Below the pieces are notes generated by a model. That model was not told the DNA's origin. It saw only the letters and a program-made list of their open reading frames with translations, and ran no database searches. Below, in pieces: positions 55,261-64,000 of a stretch of DNA of 64,000 bases. The translations under genes and the position numbers were made by a program. Position 1 is the stretch's first letter, and the number at the start of each line of letters is the position of its first letter. The DNA lies in assembly GCA_014384285.1 (NCBI GenBank), contig JACNGE010000014.1:141316-205315 (forward strand), given 5' to 3'. This DNA is from Actinomycetota bacterium. GTDB taxonomy: Bacteria > Actinomycetota > Acidimicrobiia > Actinomarinales > Actinomarinaceae.

Positions 55261-55875
55261 ATGAACGACGAAATTTTAGTAGAAGAGACTGAAGAAGTCT
55301 TAGAAGATTTTAATGCAAATGTGCATCCATACGACCTTCCAGGAGAGTGGTTCGTCTTGAATGCACAATCTGGACATGAAAAAAAAGTTAGAACCAACAT
55401 CCTTACACGCATAAAAAACTTACATCTTGATGATAAAGTTTATGAAGTAGTTATCCCGACAGATGAAGTAGTCGAAATTAGAAACGGGAAAAAAGTCAAT
55501 GTTGAAAAGAAGACTTTTCCTGGTTATGTATTAGTTAGAATGGATCTCGACGATACCACATGGTATGAAATTAGAAACACTCCATCAATAATTGGATTTG
55601 TCGGTTCAGGTAAAATGCCTATATCTTTGTCTAGGAGAGAAATAGAAAGAATTCTTGGAACAAACGAAGAAGTAGAAGTCAAAAAAGAGTCACCAAAATT
55701 CAAACCTGATTTCGAAGTTGCAGAAACTGTAAGAGTTACTACAGGACCATTCGCAGATTTTAATGGAATAATTGAAGAAATAAATTTAGATCAATCAAAA
55801 GTTACAGTATTAGTTAATATATTTGGACGAGAAACACCAGTTGAGTTGGGTTTCACAGATATTGTTAAAAATTAA
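55261..55875 (+). CDS. nusG: Transcription termination/antitermination factor NusG
   Basis: NGN domain (WFVLNAQSGHEKKV, FPGYVLVRM) and a KOW motif (VRVTTGPFADFNGIIEEI). Confidence 0.95.
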   Translation: MNDEILVEETEEVLEDFNANVHPYDLPGEWFVLNAQSGHEKKVRTNILTRIKNLHLDDKVYEVVIPTDEVVEIRNGKKVNVEKKTFPGYVLVRMDLDDTTWYEIRNTPSIIGFVGSGKMPISLSRREIERILGTNEEVEVKKESPKFKPDFEVAETVRVTTGPFADFNGIIEEINLDQSKVTVLVNIFGRETPVELGFTDIVKN

Positions 55876-55884
55876 GGAATAAAA

Positions 55885-56310
55885 ATGGCTAAAGAAGTAA
55901 AAGCAAAATTAAAACTACAGATTCCTGGGGGAGGAGCCACACCTGCTCCACCTGTTGGTTCAGCACTAGGTCAATATGGTGTTAATATAATGGACTTTGT
56001 CCAAGCATTCAACAATGACACTGCTAGTCGCCAAGGTGAAACTGTTCCTGTTGAAATTACAATTTTTGAAGACAATTCATTTACATTTGAGACTAAGACT
56101 GCTCCAGCCTCATATCTTATTAAAAAAGCAATAGGACTTGATTCTGGGTCAGCAGAGCCTCATAAAGTTAAAGTTGCATCAATTACAAGAGATCAACTCA
56201 AGACTATTGCTGAAGCAAAAATGGAAGATTTGAATGCCAACGATATAGATATGGCAATAAACATTATTGCAGGTACAGCCAGATCTATGGGTGTTACAGT
56301 CGAAAAGTAG
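55885..56310 (+). CDS. rplK: 50S ribosomal protein L11
   Basis: [34 protein letters not shown]. Confidence 0.97.
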   Translation: MAKEVKAKLKLQIPGGGATPAPPVGSALGQYGVNIMDFVQAFNNDTASRQGETVPVEITIFEDNSFTFETKTAPASYLIKKAIGLDSGSAEPHKVKVASITRDQLKTIAEAKMEDLNANDIDMAINIIAGTARSMGVTVEK

Positions 56311-56321
56311 AAAATAATATA

Positions 56322-56350
56322 TTTGGGAGACTTAAGTCGTTTGTACCAAA
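56322..56350 (+). promoter_or_regulatory. Candidate L1-binding mRNA structure just upstream of rplA
   Basis: TTTGG-GAGAC-TTAA-GTCGT-TTGTA-CCAAA forms an outer 5-bp stem enclosing a GGGAGAC...GUC element that resembles the L1 rRNA/mRNA recognition motif. It ends right before the AAGGAG RBS. Confidence 0.35.
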
Positions 56351-56359
56351 AGGAGAATA

Positions 56360-57046
56360 ATGAAAAAATACGGAAAAAAATATAACGAAGTCAAAAAAAA
56401 TATTCCTTCTGATAAACAAACAGTTTCAGATGCACTTCAAATTTGTAAAGATAGCGCTAATGCAAATTTTGATGAATCTGTAGATGTTGTATTTTCATTA
56501 GGGATAGACACTAAGGCTGCAGAGGAAAATATAAGAACCACAGTATCTCTTCCACACGGAAATGGGAAGACAATTAAAATCGCAGTATTTGCAGGAGGAG
56601 AGGCTTTAACAGAAGCAGAAAAAGCCGGTGCAGACATTGTTGGCGGCAAAGAGTTAGCTACAAAAGTTGCCTCCGAAGAAAAACTTGATGTTGATTTAGT
56701 TATATCAACTCCAGAAATGATGGCGGAGGTAGGTCAGCTCGGAAAAATACTTGGACCTCAAGGTTTAATGCCAAATCCAAAAACTGGAACGGTTACTCCT
56801 AATGTTGCTAAAGCTGTTGAAGACTTTAAAAAAGGTAAAGTTGAAATTAAAAATGATAAATTAGGCAACGTTCACTTGTCTATTGGAAAAGTATCATTTT
56901 CTGCTGATGATTTAAAAACTAATCTTGATGAAGTTATAGCTGTCATTACAAGGGCAAAGCCTGCTTCTTCCAAAGGAGAATATATCAAATCAGTCCATGT
57001 CTCATCTACTATGGGACCATCAGTAGCCGTAGATATTAATTTATAA
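56360..57046 (+). CDS. rplA: 50S ribosomal protein L1
   Basis: FDESVDV.F.LGID, LPHGNGK and [15 protein letters not shown]. Confidence 0.97.
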   Translation: MKKYGKKYNEVKKNIPSDKQTVSDALQICKDSANANFDESVDVVFSLGIDTKAAEENIRTTVSLPHGNGKTIKIAVFAGGEALTEAEKAGADIVGGKELATKVASEEKLDVDLVISTPEMMAEVGQLGKILGPQGLMPNPKTGTVTPNVAKAVEDFKKGKVEIKNDKLGNVHLSIGKVSFSADDLKTNLDEVIAVITRAKPASSKGEYIKSVHVSSTMGPSVAVDINL

Positions 57047-57095
57047 TTCTATTTGCTGATAAATTCAATTAGGGTATATTGTTTAGATACAACTT

Positions 57096-57161
57096 AAACC
57101 AAAGACCGATAGTGGGAAACTTTAAATATCTATCGCAGGTAAATTACCTAGTCCTTGGTTT
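57096..57161 (+). ncRNA. Candidate ribosomal protein L10 leader (autoregulatory 5' UTR of rplJL)
   Basis: Three-way junction folded by hand. The outer stem AAACCAAAGAC/GTCCTTGGTTT pairs 10 of 11 positions. The first inner hairpin is CGATAG...CTATCG (57107-57135). The second is GGT-AAATT-ACC. It sits in a 129-nt spacer, large for this genome. Confidence 0.5.
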
Positions 57162-57175
57162 GCAAGGATTTTTTT

Positions 57176-57772
57176 ATGGTTAGACAAGATAAAGCAGATA
57201 AAGTAAAAGAACTAGAACAACTCTTCAGTTCGGCTAACGCATTGGTTTTAGCTGAATATAGGGGTTTAACTGTTACTCAACAGACAAAACTAAGAAGAGA
57301 ATTAAAAAATGCAGGCGCAACTTTTAATGTTGTAAAGATGTCTCTTGCAAAAAGAGCAGCCGAAAATATAGGTTATGAGTCAATTCTAGAACACTTTTCT
57401 GGACCAACAGGAGTTACAGTAATTGAGTCAGATCCCGTTGAAGCTGCAAAAGTTCTTAAGCAATTTTCAAAAGATAACCAATCTTTTGTTGTTAAGGGTG
57501 GATTAATGGAATCAGAGCCACTAACAATTGACCAAATTGATATTCTTGCATCAATAGAAACCAGAGATGTGCTTTTGGCTAAAATTGCAGGTGGTTTCAA
57601 TGCACCTCTAACCATGATGGCAGTAGGCCTTAAAGGTATATTAAACAAATCCGGTTATGCTTTTAAAGCGTTGTTAGAAACAAAAGAAGCAAATCCAGAA
57701 TTAAGTTCAGAAGCGAAACAATCTGATTCTTCCAATGAAGAATCAGAGGATGTAAATAAAGAGGAGGAATAA
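57176..57772 (+). CDS. rplJ: 50S ribosomal protein L10
   Basis: [34 protein letters not shown] chose the ATG at 57176; the track ORF opens at an upstream alternative codon. Confidence 0.95.
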   Translation: MVRQDKADKVKELEQLFSSANALVLAEYRGLTVTQQTKLRRELKNAGATFNVVKMSLAKRAAENIGYESILEHFSGPTGVTVIESDPVEAAKVLKQFSKDNQSFVVKGGLMESEPLTIDQIDILASIETRDVLLAKIAGGFNAPLTMMAVGLKGILNKSGYAFKALLETKEANPELSSEAKQSDSSNEESEDVNKEEE

Positions 57773-57774
57773 CA

Positions 57775-58155
57775 ATGGCAAAAATGACAACAGAAGAGTT
57801 GTTATCTGTCTTTGAAGAAATGTCAGTTTTAGAATTGAAAGAATTCTTAGACTCATTTGAAGAGAAATTTGACGTTACTGCAGCAGCTCCTGTAGCTGTA
57901 GCAGCAGCTCCAGCAGGTGGAGATGGCGGATCAGAAGAAGCAAAAGATTCTTTTGATGTTGTCCTCACTGAAGCTGGTGGACAGAAAATACAAGTCATTA
58001 AAGAAGTAAGAGGACTAACAAGTCTTGGTCTTAAAGAAGCCAAAGAACTTGTAGATGGTGCTCCTTCTGACATACTTAAGGGCGCTTCAAAAGAAGATGC
58101 TGATAAAGCTAAAGAAGCTCTTGAAGGTGCCGGTGCTACTGTAGAACTCAAATAA
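57775..58155 (+). CDS. rplL: 50S ribosomal protein L7/L12
   Basis: Ala-rich hinge and the C-terminal [27 protein letters not shown]...[13 protein letters not shown]. Confidence 0.97.
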   Translation: MAKMTTEELLSVFEEMSVLELKEFLDSFEEKFDVTAAAPVAVAAAPAGGDGGSEEAKDSFDVVLTEAGGQKIQVIKEVRGLTSLGLKEAKELVDGAPSDILKGASKEDADKAKEALEGAGATVELK

Positions 58156-58235
58156 TTTAACATTATTTGTTTGCTTAAATAAGAAGTACTTATATACTTT
58201 ATCCTTCGGGTTATTGTTATTAATTTTTAGGAGGC

Positions 58236-61200
58236 TTGTTGTCCGCTGTTCAGAATTCTAGACTTTCGTTTGCTAAGATACCGAAAGTTCTTGACATTCC
58301 AGATTTATTAATTATCCAAAAAGAATCATTTAAATGGTTCTTAGAAGAAGGCCTAAACGACATACTTAGTGAAATCTCACCTATTGAGGATTTTTCTGGT
58401 CGTTTTTCACTTGAGTTCTTAGAGCATTTCTTTGAGGGACCTTTAAAGAGTCTTGAAGAATGTAAAATCACAGATTCTACTTATTCCCAACCTCTCTATG
58501 TAAGAGCACAGTTCTTAGATAGAGAAACCGGTCAAATAAAACAACAAACTGTTTTCTTGGGTGACTTCCCAATCATGACTGACACAGGATCATTTGTAAT
58601 TAATGGAACTGAAAGAGTAATAGTAAGCCAACTAGTAAGATCACCCGGTGTTTATTTTTCACAAGAAATAGATAAAACATCAGATAAAGAAATTTTTATA
58701 GGAAAAATGATTCCAGGCCGAGGAGCTTGGTTAGAGTTTGATACAGATAAAAGAGACACAATTGGCGTAAGAGTTGATAGAAAAAGACGTCAACACATCA
58801 CTGCTTTTTTAAGAGCACTTTACGCTGTAGATCCATCTCAATGGGGAAAGTATAAAATTGAAACCAAAGAGGATGCAATAGACATTTTTGGAGATTACCC
58901 ATCTATTCAAAACACAATTGAACGTGACCCAGACACAACTCCAGAATCTGCACTAATTGATTTATACAGAAAATTGAGACCTGGAGAACCTGCAACAGTT
59001 GAATCTGCAAGAAACTTAGTAAAGCAAATGTTTTATACAGCAAAACGATATGACTTAACAAAAGTTGGTAGATATAAGGTTGAACAAAAACTAGGAAGAG
59101 ACTACGGAGAAAAAGATGCCGAGTCTTACACAACAGAAGTCGACGGAATGTTAAGAATTGATGACATGATTGACTCTATAAAGTATGTTATTGCTTTACA
59201 TGCTGGAGAAAAATCAATTACAAACAATCTTGGTAGAGATATAACAGTAAGGCTTGATGACATAGATCACTTTGGAAACAGAAGAATTAGAACAGTTGGT
59301 GAACTTGTTCAGAACCAAGTCAGAGTAGGTTTGAGTCGACTTGAAAGAGTTGTTAGAGAGAGAATGACTACTCAAGAACCAGAAGCTATAACTCCACAGT
59401 CTTTGATAAATATTAGACCTATTCAAGCATCATTAAAAGAATTTTTTGGTACAAGTCAATTAAGTCAGTTCATGGACCAGCCAAATCCAATAGCTGCATT
59501 GACACACAGAAGAAGACTTTCTGCTTTAGGACCTGGTGGACTTTCTAGAGAAAGAGCTGGTTTTGAAGTTAGGGACGTACATCCATCTCATTACGGTAGA
59601 ATGTGTCCAATTGAAACTCCTGAAGGTCCAAATATTGGACTCATTGGAACACTTGCTACTTACGGAAGAGTAAACAAATTCGGATTTATAGAAACTCCTT
59701 ACTGGAAAGTAGAAAATGGCGTTGTTAAAACAAACAAAGCTGTTTATCTTACTGCTGCTCAGGAAGACGAGTACACTATTGCTCAAGCTAATGCACCAAT
59801 TGATGAAAACGGAAATTTTCTAAATAAAAGAGTTTTGTGTAGAAAAACCGAAGGTGAAGTTGCGTTCGTTTCTGATAAAGATATAGACTTCATGGATGTT
59901 AGCCCTAAGCAAATTTGCTCGGTAACAACTGCGTTGATTCCATTTTTAGAGCACGATGACGCAAACAGAGCGCTCATGGGTTCAAACATGCAAAGACAGG
60001 CTGTTCCATTAATTAAAACAGAAGCTCCATACGTTGGAACAGGTATGGAGGAAAATGTTGCAAGAGATTCAGGTGAAGCACTTGTATCTCCAGTTGCTGG
60101 TGAAGTAGTTGGTGTCAGTGGTGATGAAATTGTAGTAAAAGAAAATACCACAAATAAGAAACATACATTTGAGGTTAGAAAATTTAAAAGATCAAATCAA
60201 GCAACATCAGTTAACCAAAAACCTCTGGTCAAAGTTGGTCTAAAAGTAAAACCGGGAGATGTTCTTGCTGATGGACCAAGTACTCAAGGTGGAGAATTGG
60301 CATTAGGTAAAAACTTACTAGTTGCTTACATGCCTTGGGATGGATATAACTTTGAAGATTCAATTGTTATTTCCGAACGACTTGTAAAAGAAGATGTCCT
60401 TACCTCAGTACATATTGCAGAACACGAAGTTGAAGCAAGAGATACAAAACTCGGTGAAGAAGAAATAACAAGAGATATTCCCAATGTAGCAGAAGAGGTT
60501 TTGATGGATTTAGATGAGATGGGAATCGTCAGAATTGGTGCTGAAGTTACTCCAGGTGATTATCTAGTAGGCAAAGTTACTCCAAAAGGTGAAACAGAGC
60601 TAACCCCTGAAGAAAGACTTTTAAGAGCAATTTTTGGTGAAAAAGCAAGAGAGGTAAGAGATACTTCATTAAGGGTTCCACATGGTGAGCGAGGAAAAGT
60701 TATTGATGTACAAATTTTAAAAAGAGATGATGGAGCAGACCTACCTCCAGGAGTTAATCAAAAAGTAAGAGTTTATGTAGCAATTCAAAGAAAAATTCAG
60801 GTCGGCGACAAGCTTTCTGGAAGACATGGAAACAAAGGTGTCATATCAAAAATTAATCCAATAGAAGATATGCCTTTTATGGAAGATGGTACCCCAGTCG
60901 ACATTCTTCTTTCACCACTTGGTGTTCCAAGTCGTATGAATTTAGGACAAATATTAGAAACTCATCTCGGTTGGGCAGCCGATCAAGGTTGGAATGAGTT
61001 TAAAGGTAAAACAGCTGCATCAAAAGGGGCAAAACCCGGGACATTAATAAGCACTCCAGTTTTTGATGGTGCTAACGAAGACGAAATTCATGAAATATTA
61101 AAAAATGTCAATGAGAACAGAGATGGTAACCAAATGGTTGATGTCAATGGTAAAGCTACTCTTTATGATGGTAGAACTGGTGAGGCATTTGACTCTAAAA

Positions 61201-61658
61201 TCACAGTTGGATATACATATATATTAAAATTAATTCACTTAGTTGATGAAAAAATCCATGCTAGATCAACAGGTCCTTACTCAATGATTACCCAGCAACC
61301 TCTCGGAGGTAAAGCACAATTTGGTGGACAAAGATTTGGTGAGATGGAAGTATGGGCTTTGGAAGCATATGGAGCTAGTTATGCATTACAAGAACTACTC
61401 ACAATTAAGTCTGATGATACTGTTGGAAGAGTTAAAGTCTATGAGTCTATTGTTAAAGGTGACAATATTCCAGAACCAGGTATTCCAGAGTCATTTAAAG
61501 TGCTTCTAAAAGAAATGCAAAGTTTGTGTTTAAATGTAGAGATACTTTCTGCTGGTGAAGAAATTTCAATGAAAGAAATTAGTGATGAATATGTTAAAAC
61601 TGCAGAAACATTAGGTATTGATATGTCAAGACCAGAGCAAGATGAACCGGAGATATAA
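58236..61658 (+). CDS. rpoB: DNA-directed RNA polymerase subunit beta
   Basis: 1140 aa with [33 protein letters not shown] and [23 protein letters not shown] and a TTG start. Confidence 0.98.
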   Translation: MLSAVQNSRLSFAKIPKVLDIPDLLIIQKESFKWFLEEGLNDILSEISPIEDFSGRFSLEFLEHFFEGPLKSLEECKITDSTYSQPLYVRAQFLDRETGQIKQQTVFLGDFPIMTDTGSFVINGTERVIVSQLVRSPGVYFSQEIDKTSDKEIFIGKMIPGRGAWLEFDTDKRDTIGVRVDRKRRQHITAFLRALYAVDPSQWGKYKIETKEDAIDIFGDYPSIQNTIERDPDTTPESALIDLYRKLRPGEPATVESARNLVKQMFYTAKRYDLTKVGRYKVEQKLGRDYGEKDAESYTTEVDGMLRIDDMIDSIKYVIALHAGEKSITNNLGRDITVRLDDIDHFGNRRIRTVGELVQNQVRVGLSRLERVVRERMTTQEPEAITPQSLINIRPIQASLKEFFGTSQLSQFMDQPNPIAALTHRRRLSALGPGGLSRERAGFEVRDVHPSHYGRMCPIETPEGPNIGLIGTLATYGRVNKFGFIETPYWKVENGVVKTNKAVYLTAAQEDEYTIAQANAPIDENGNFLNKRVLCRKTEGEVAFVSDKDIDFMDVSPKQICSVTTALIPFLEHDDANRALMGSNMQRQAVPLIKTEAPYVGTGMEENVARDSGEALVSPVAGEVVGVSGDEIVVKENTTNKKHTFEVRKFKRSNQATSVNQKPLVKVGLKVKPGDVLADGPSTQGGELALGKNLLVAYMPWDGYNFEDSIVISERLVKEDVLTSVHIAEHEVEARDTKLGEEEITRDIPNVAEEVLMDLDEMGIVRIGAEVTPGDYLVGKVTPKGETELTPEERLLRAIFGEKAREVRDTSLRVPHGERGKVIDVQILKRDDGADLPPGVNQKVRVYVAIQRKIQVGDKLSGRHGNKGVISKINPIEDMPFMEDGTPVDILLSPLGVPSRMNLGQILETHLGWAADQGWNEFKGKTAASKGAKPGTLISTPVFDGANEDEIHEILKNVNENRDGNQMVDVNGKATLYDGRTGEAFDSKITVGYTYILKLIHLVDEKIHARSTGPYSMITQQPLGGKAQFGGQRFGEMEVWALEAYGASYALQELLTIKSDDTVGRVKVYESIVKGDNIPEPGIPESFKVLLKEMQSLCLNVEILSAGEEISMKEISDEYVKTAETLGIDMSRPEQDEPEI

Positions 61659-61663
61659 AGATT

Positions 61664-64000
61664 ATGGAAAAAATATTTGATGAATTAAGTATAAGTCTGG
61701 CAACATCTGATCAAATGAGAAGCTGGTCTTTCGGGGAAGTAAAAAAACCAGAAACAATTAACTACAGAACACTGAAGCCTGAAAAAGATGGCCTATTTGA
61801 TGAAAGAATTTTTGGCCCAACTAAAGATTGGGAATGTTCTTGTGGTAGATATAAGAGAATTCGCTATAGAGGTATTGTTTGTGAAAGATGTGGAGTAGAG
61901 GTCACAAGGAGAGAAGTAAGACGAGAAAGAATGGGCCATATTGAATTGGCTGCTCCAGCTACACATATATGGTATTTCAAAGGTGTTCCTAGTAGGCTGG
62001 GTTACTTTTTGGACATGTCTCCAAAAGAGCTTGAAAAAGTAATATATTTTGCAGCCTACTTAGTAGTTTCAATTGATGATAAAAAACGAACCAAGGACTT
62101 AAGCGAACTCGAAGAAGCTGTAGTGGCAGAATGTGAAATCGTCGAGGAAGATCATCAAGAGTGGGAAGCTAAAAGAATTAAGCAAATGAATGTTGAGCTC
62201 AAAGCTATGGAGAATGGAAAAGTTCCAGAAGCTGAAGTTCAATTACGAAAAAAAGAAATTGAAAAAGAAATAAAACAAAAAAAAGCTAAGTCTGATGATG
62301 AAATAAAAATTATTGAAGAAGCATTTTCAACACTTAAAACTTTAAAACCTAAAACATTAATCGAAAACGATACTTTATGGCGTGAAATGATTGATAAATA
62401 TGATAAGTATTTTACTGGAGGAATGGGTGCCGAAGCAGTGCGTGAACTTGTTCAGCTAGTTGACTTAAAAGCCGAAATGGATAAATTAAAGTCTGACTTA
62501 GATTCTAAATCTGCCCAGCGTAGACAAAGAGCAATTCAAAGAATGAAAGTAATTAAACCCTTCGCAGATGGAAAGAACCCTCCAGAGGCAATGATTTTAG
62601 AAGTTATTCCAGTAATACCACCCGAGCTTAGGCCTATGGTTCAGCTAGATGGTGGTCGTTTTGCAACATCTGACTTAAATGACTTGTACAGAAGGCTCAT
62701 TAATAGAAATAATAGGTTAAAAAAATTAATTGAACTTGGTGCACCAGAAATAATTATAAGTAATGAAAAAAGAATGCTTCAAGAGTCAGTTGATGCACTC
62801 TTTGATAACGGTAGAAGAGGAAGAGCAGTTGCTGGAGCAGGTGGAAGGGGACTTAAGTCTCTTTCAGACATGCTAAAAGGTAAACAAGGTAGATTTAGAC
62901 AAAACCTATTAGGAAAAAGGGTAGATTATTCAGCCCGTTCAGTTATAGTTGTTGGTCCTCACCTACAACTTCAACAGTGTGGGTTACCCAAGATGATGGC
63001 GTTAGAATTGTTCAAACCATTCGTTATGAAAAGACTTGTAGAATTAGGGCTAGCTCAAAACATTAAATCTGCAAAGAGAATGGTTGAAAGGTCTAGAGCA
63101 CAAGTATGGGATGTTTTAGCTGAAGTTATTGAAGAACATCCAGTACTTCTTAACAGAGCCCCGACTTTGCATAGGCTAGGAATTCAGGCTTTTGAACCTA
63201 TTTTAGTTGAAGGGAAAGCAATCCAAGTTCATCCACTTGTCTGTGAGGCTTTTAATGCTGATTTCGATGGAGATCAAATGGCTGTTCACGTACCTTTATC
63301 TGCAGAAGCACAGGCAGAAGCCAGAGTTTTAATGTTGGCAACAAACAATGTACTTTCACCTGCAAGCGGTAATCCAATTGTTTCACCTAGTCAAGACATG
63401 GTTATTGGTTTGTACTATATAACAGAATGTTATGAAGATTTAGAAAATGCAAAGATGGCGTTTGTCGATTCCAATGAAGCAGAACAAGCATATGAGGCGG
63501 GCCATATTAAGTTACAAACACCAATAAAAATCCGTGTAGGAGAATTAGCTGGAGATCCACAGCTACATAGTCAGTTAAAGAATAGGTTTAGTGAACTTAC
63601 AACAGAAACCCCTGTTGATGGAAATGCATTGATAAACACAACACTTGGAAGAGTTTACTTTAACTCAGTACTTCCTAAAGACTTTCCATATATTCAAGCT
63701 AAAGTTAGAAAAAATGAAATGAAAAAAATTATTTCTGAAATCATCGAGAGGTACAACAAAGCAGAATTAAGAGAATTTTTAGACGCTATGAAAGATGTAG
63801 GATTCAAATATGGTGCAAAAGCTGGATTGAGTGTAGCCATGACTGATGTAAAAACTCCTCCAAGTAAAAATCAAATATTAGAAAAATATGAGAGTGAAGC
63901 AGAGAAGGTAGAGAAACTCTTTAATGATGATGTAATCACTGAAAATGAGAGAAAGCAAAAAATAATTGAAATCTGGACTGAAGCCACAGATCAAGTCCAG
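61664..64000 (+). CDS. rpoC: DNA-directed RNA polymerase subunit beta', N-terminal 779 codons (3' end beyond the window)
   Basis: Translated by hand from the ATG at 61664. It has the zinc motif [31 protein letters not shown], and the [12 protein letters not shown] catalytic loop (about 63250-63290). The frame is open to nt 64000. It is absent from the ORF track because it has no stop in the window. Confidence 0.97.
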   Translation, partial: MEKIFDELSISLATSDQMRSWSFGEVKKPETINYRTLKPEKDGLFDERIFGPTKDWECSCGRYKRIRYRGIVCERCGVEVTRREVRRERMGHIELAAPATHIWYFKGVPSRLGYFLDMSPKELEKVIYFAAYLVVSIDDKKRTKDLSELEEAVVAECEIVEEDHQEWEAKRIKQMNVELKAMENGKVPEAEVQLRKKEIEKEIKQKKAKSDDEIKIIEEAFSTLKTLKPKTLIENDTLWREMIDKYDKYFTGGMGAEAVRELVQLVDLKAEMDKLKSDLDSKSAQRRQRAIQRMKVIKPFADGKNPPEAMILEVIPVIPPELRPMVQLDGGRFATSDLNDLYRRLINRNNRLKKLIELGAPEIIISNEKRMLQESVDALFDNGRRGRAVAGAGGRGLKSLSDMLKGKQGRFRQNLLGKRVDYSARSVIVVGPHLQLQQCGLPKMMALELFKPFVMKRLVELGLAQNIKSAKRMVERSRAQVWDVLAEVIEEHPVLLNRAPTLHRLGIQAFEPILVEGKAIQVHPLVCEAFNADFDGDQMAVHVPLSAEAQAEARVLMLATNNVLSPASGNPIVSPSQDMVIGLYYITECYEDLENAKMAFVDSNEAEQAYEAGHIKLQTPIKIRVGELAGDPQLHSQLKNRFSELTTETPVDGNALINTTLGRVYFNSVLPKDFPYIQAKVRKNEMKKIISEIIERYNKAELREFLDAMKDVGFKYGAKAGLSVAMTDVKTPPSKNQILEKYESEAEKVEKLFNDDVITENERKQKIIEIWTEATDQVQ

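Noticed and set aside
57663-58163. A 166-aa antisense ORF, and similar antisense or out-of-frame ORFs at 18259-18747, 45687-46130, 7051-7392, 4333-4653, 39167-39574, 16493-16995, 59783-60151 and 9897-10112.
   Set aside because: Each lies entirely within, or mostly opposite to, a gene with unambiguous conserved motifs (rplJ/rplL, nuoG, nuoM, the binding protein, livM, nuoB/C, nuoF/G, rpoB, MATE). Their translations are low-complexity and have no recognisable family. They are shadow ORFs.
58156-58235. A possible attenuator or terminator between rplL and rpoB.
   Set aside because: Only a weak 5-bp AT-rich hairpin (AAGTA...TACTT) and a tiny CCTTCGGG element are present, and no U-tract follows. 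I cannot support a call.
1-64000. A search for mobile elements, CRISPR arrays, prophage or defence islands, rRNA genes, and long repeats between the two nuo operons.
   Set aside because: I saw no transposase, integrase or recombinase-like ORF and no regularly spaced direct repeats. The tRNA genes are not flanked by integrase genes. The two nuo operons are too diverged at the nucleotide level to form repeats. All spacers longer than 100 nt are accounted for by the promoter or leader regions described above.

Overview
The window is a visibly AT-rich (about one-third G+C by eye), very gene-dense chromosomal segment with almost no non-coding DNA. The gene order is cysS-rlmB-like, rex, nuoA-N, then tRNA-Tyr/Thr/Met-rpmG ... 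tRNA-Trp-secE-nusG-rplKA-rplJL-rpoBC. This is the classic actinobacterial backbone, so I infer a streamlined low-GC planktonic actinobacterium (Actinomarinales- or acI-like); that assignment is inference only. Contents, 5' to 3': cysS (partial), a SpoU methyltransferase, tRNA-Thr, and a livHMGF branched-chain amino-acid ABC importer with a convergent, Ala/Gly-rich lipoprotein binding protein. Next come a CvpA-CAP fusion protein, a MATE exporter, and the redox sensor Rex. These are followed by a geranylgeranyl-reductase-like flavoprotein and a complete 14-gene nuoA-N operon preceded by a perfect Rex operator. Then an ABC-2 exporter, several small accessory genes, tdk, and a DtxR-family repressor divergent from an Fe(3+)-type ABC importer, with two copies of a 20-bp palindromic operator between them. 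Then a heliorhodopsin gene. Then a second, 11-gene nuo operon (A-D, H-N) that lacks nuoEFG and runs directly into a MidA/NDUFAF7-type methyltransferase, htpX, a rhodanese and a PfkB kinase. The window ends with the tRNA/rpmG/ECF sigma-ZAS anti-sigma/secE-nusG/ribosomal protein/rpoB/rpoC (partial) block. I found no rRNA, CRISPR array, transposase, integrase or recognisable defence genes. The most interesting items are: (1) the heliorhodopsin; (2) the NuoEFG-less second complex I, coupled to a MidA homologue, whose NuoD carries the Arg that NDUFAF7 methylates in mitochondria while the NuoD of the canonical operon does not; (3) the Rex and DtxR-type operators, which can be read directly from the sequence.
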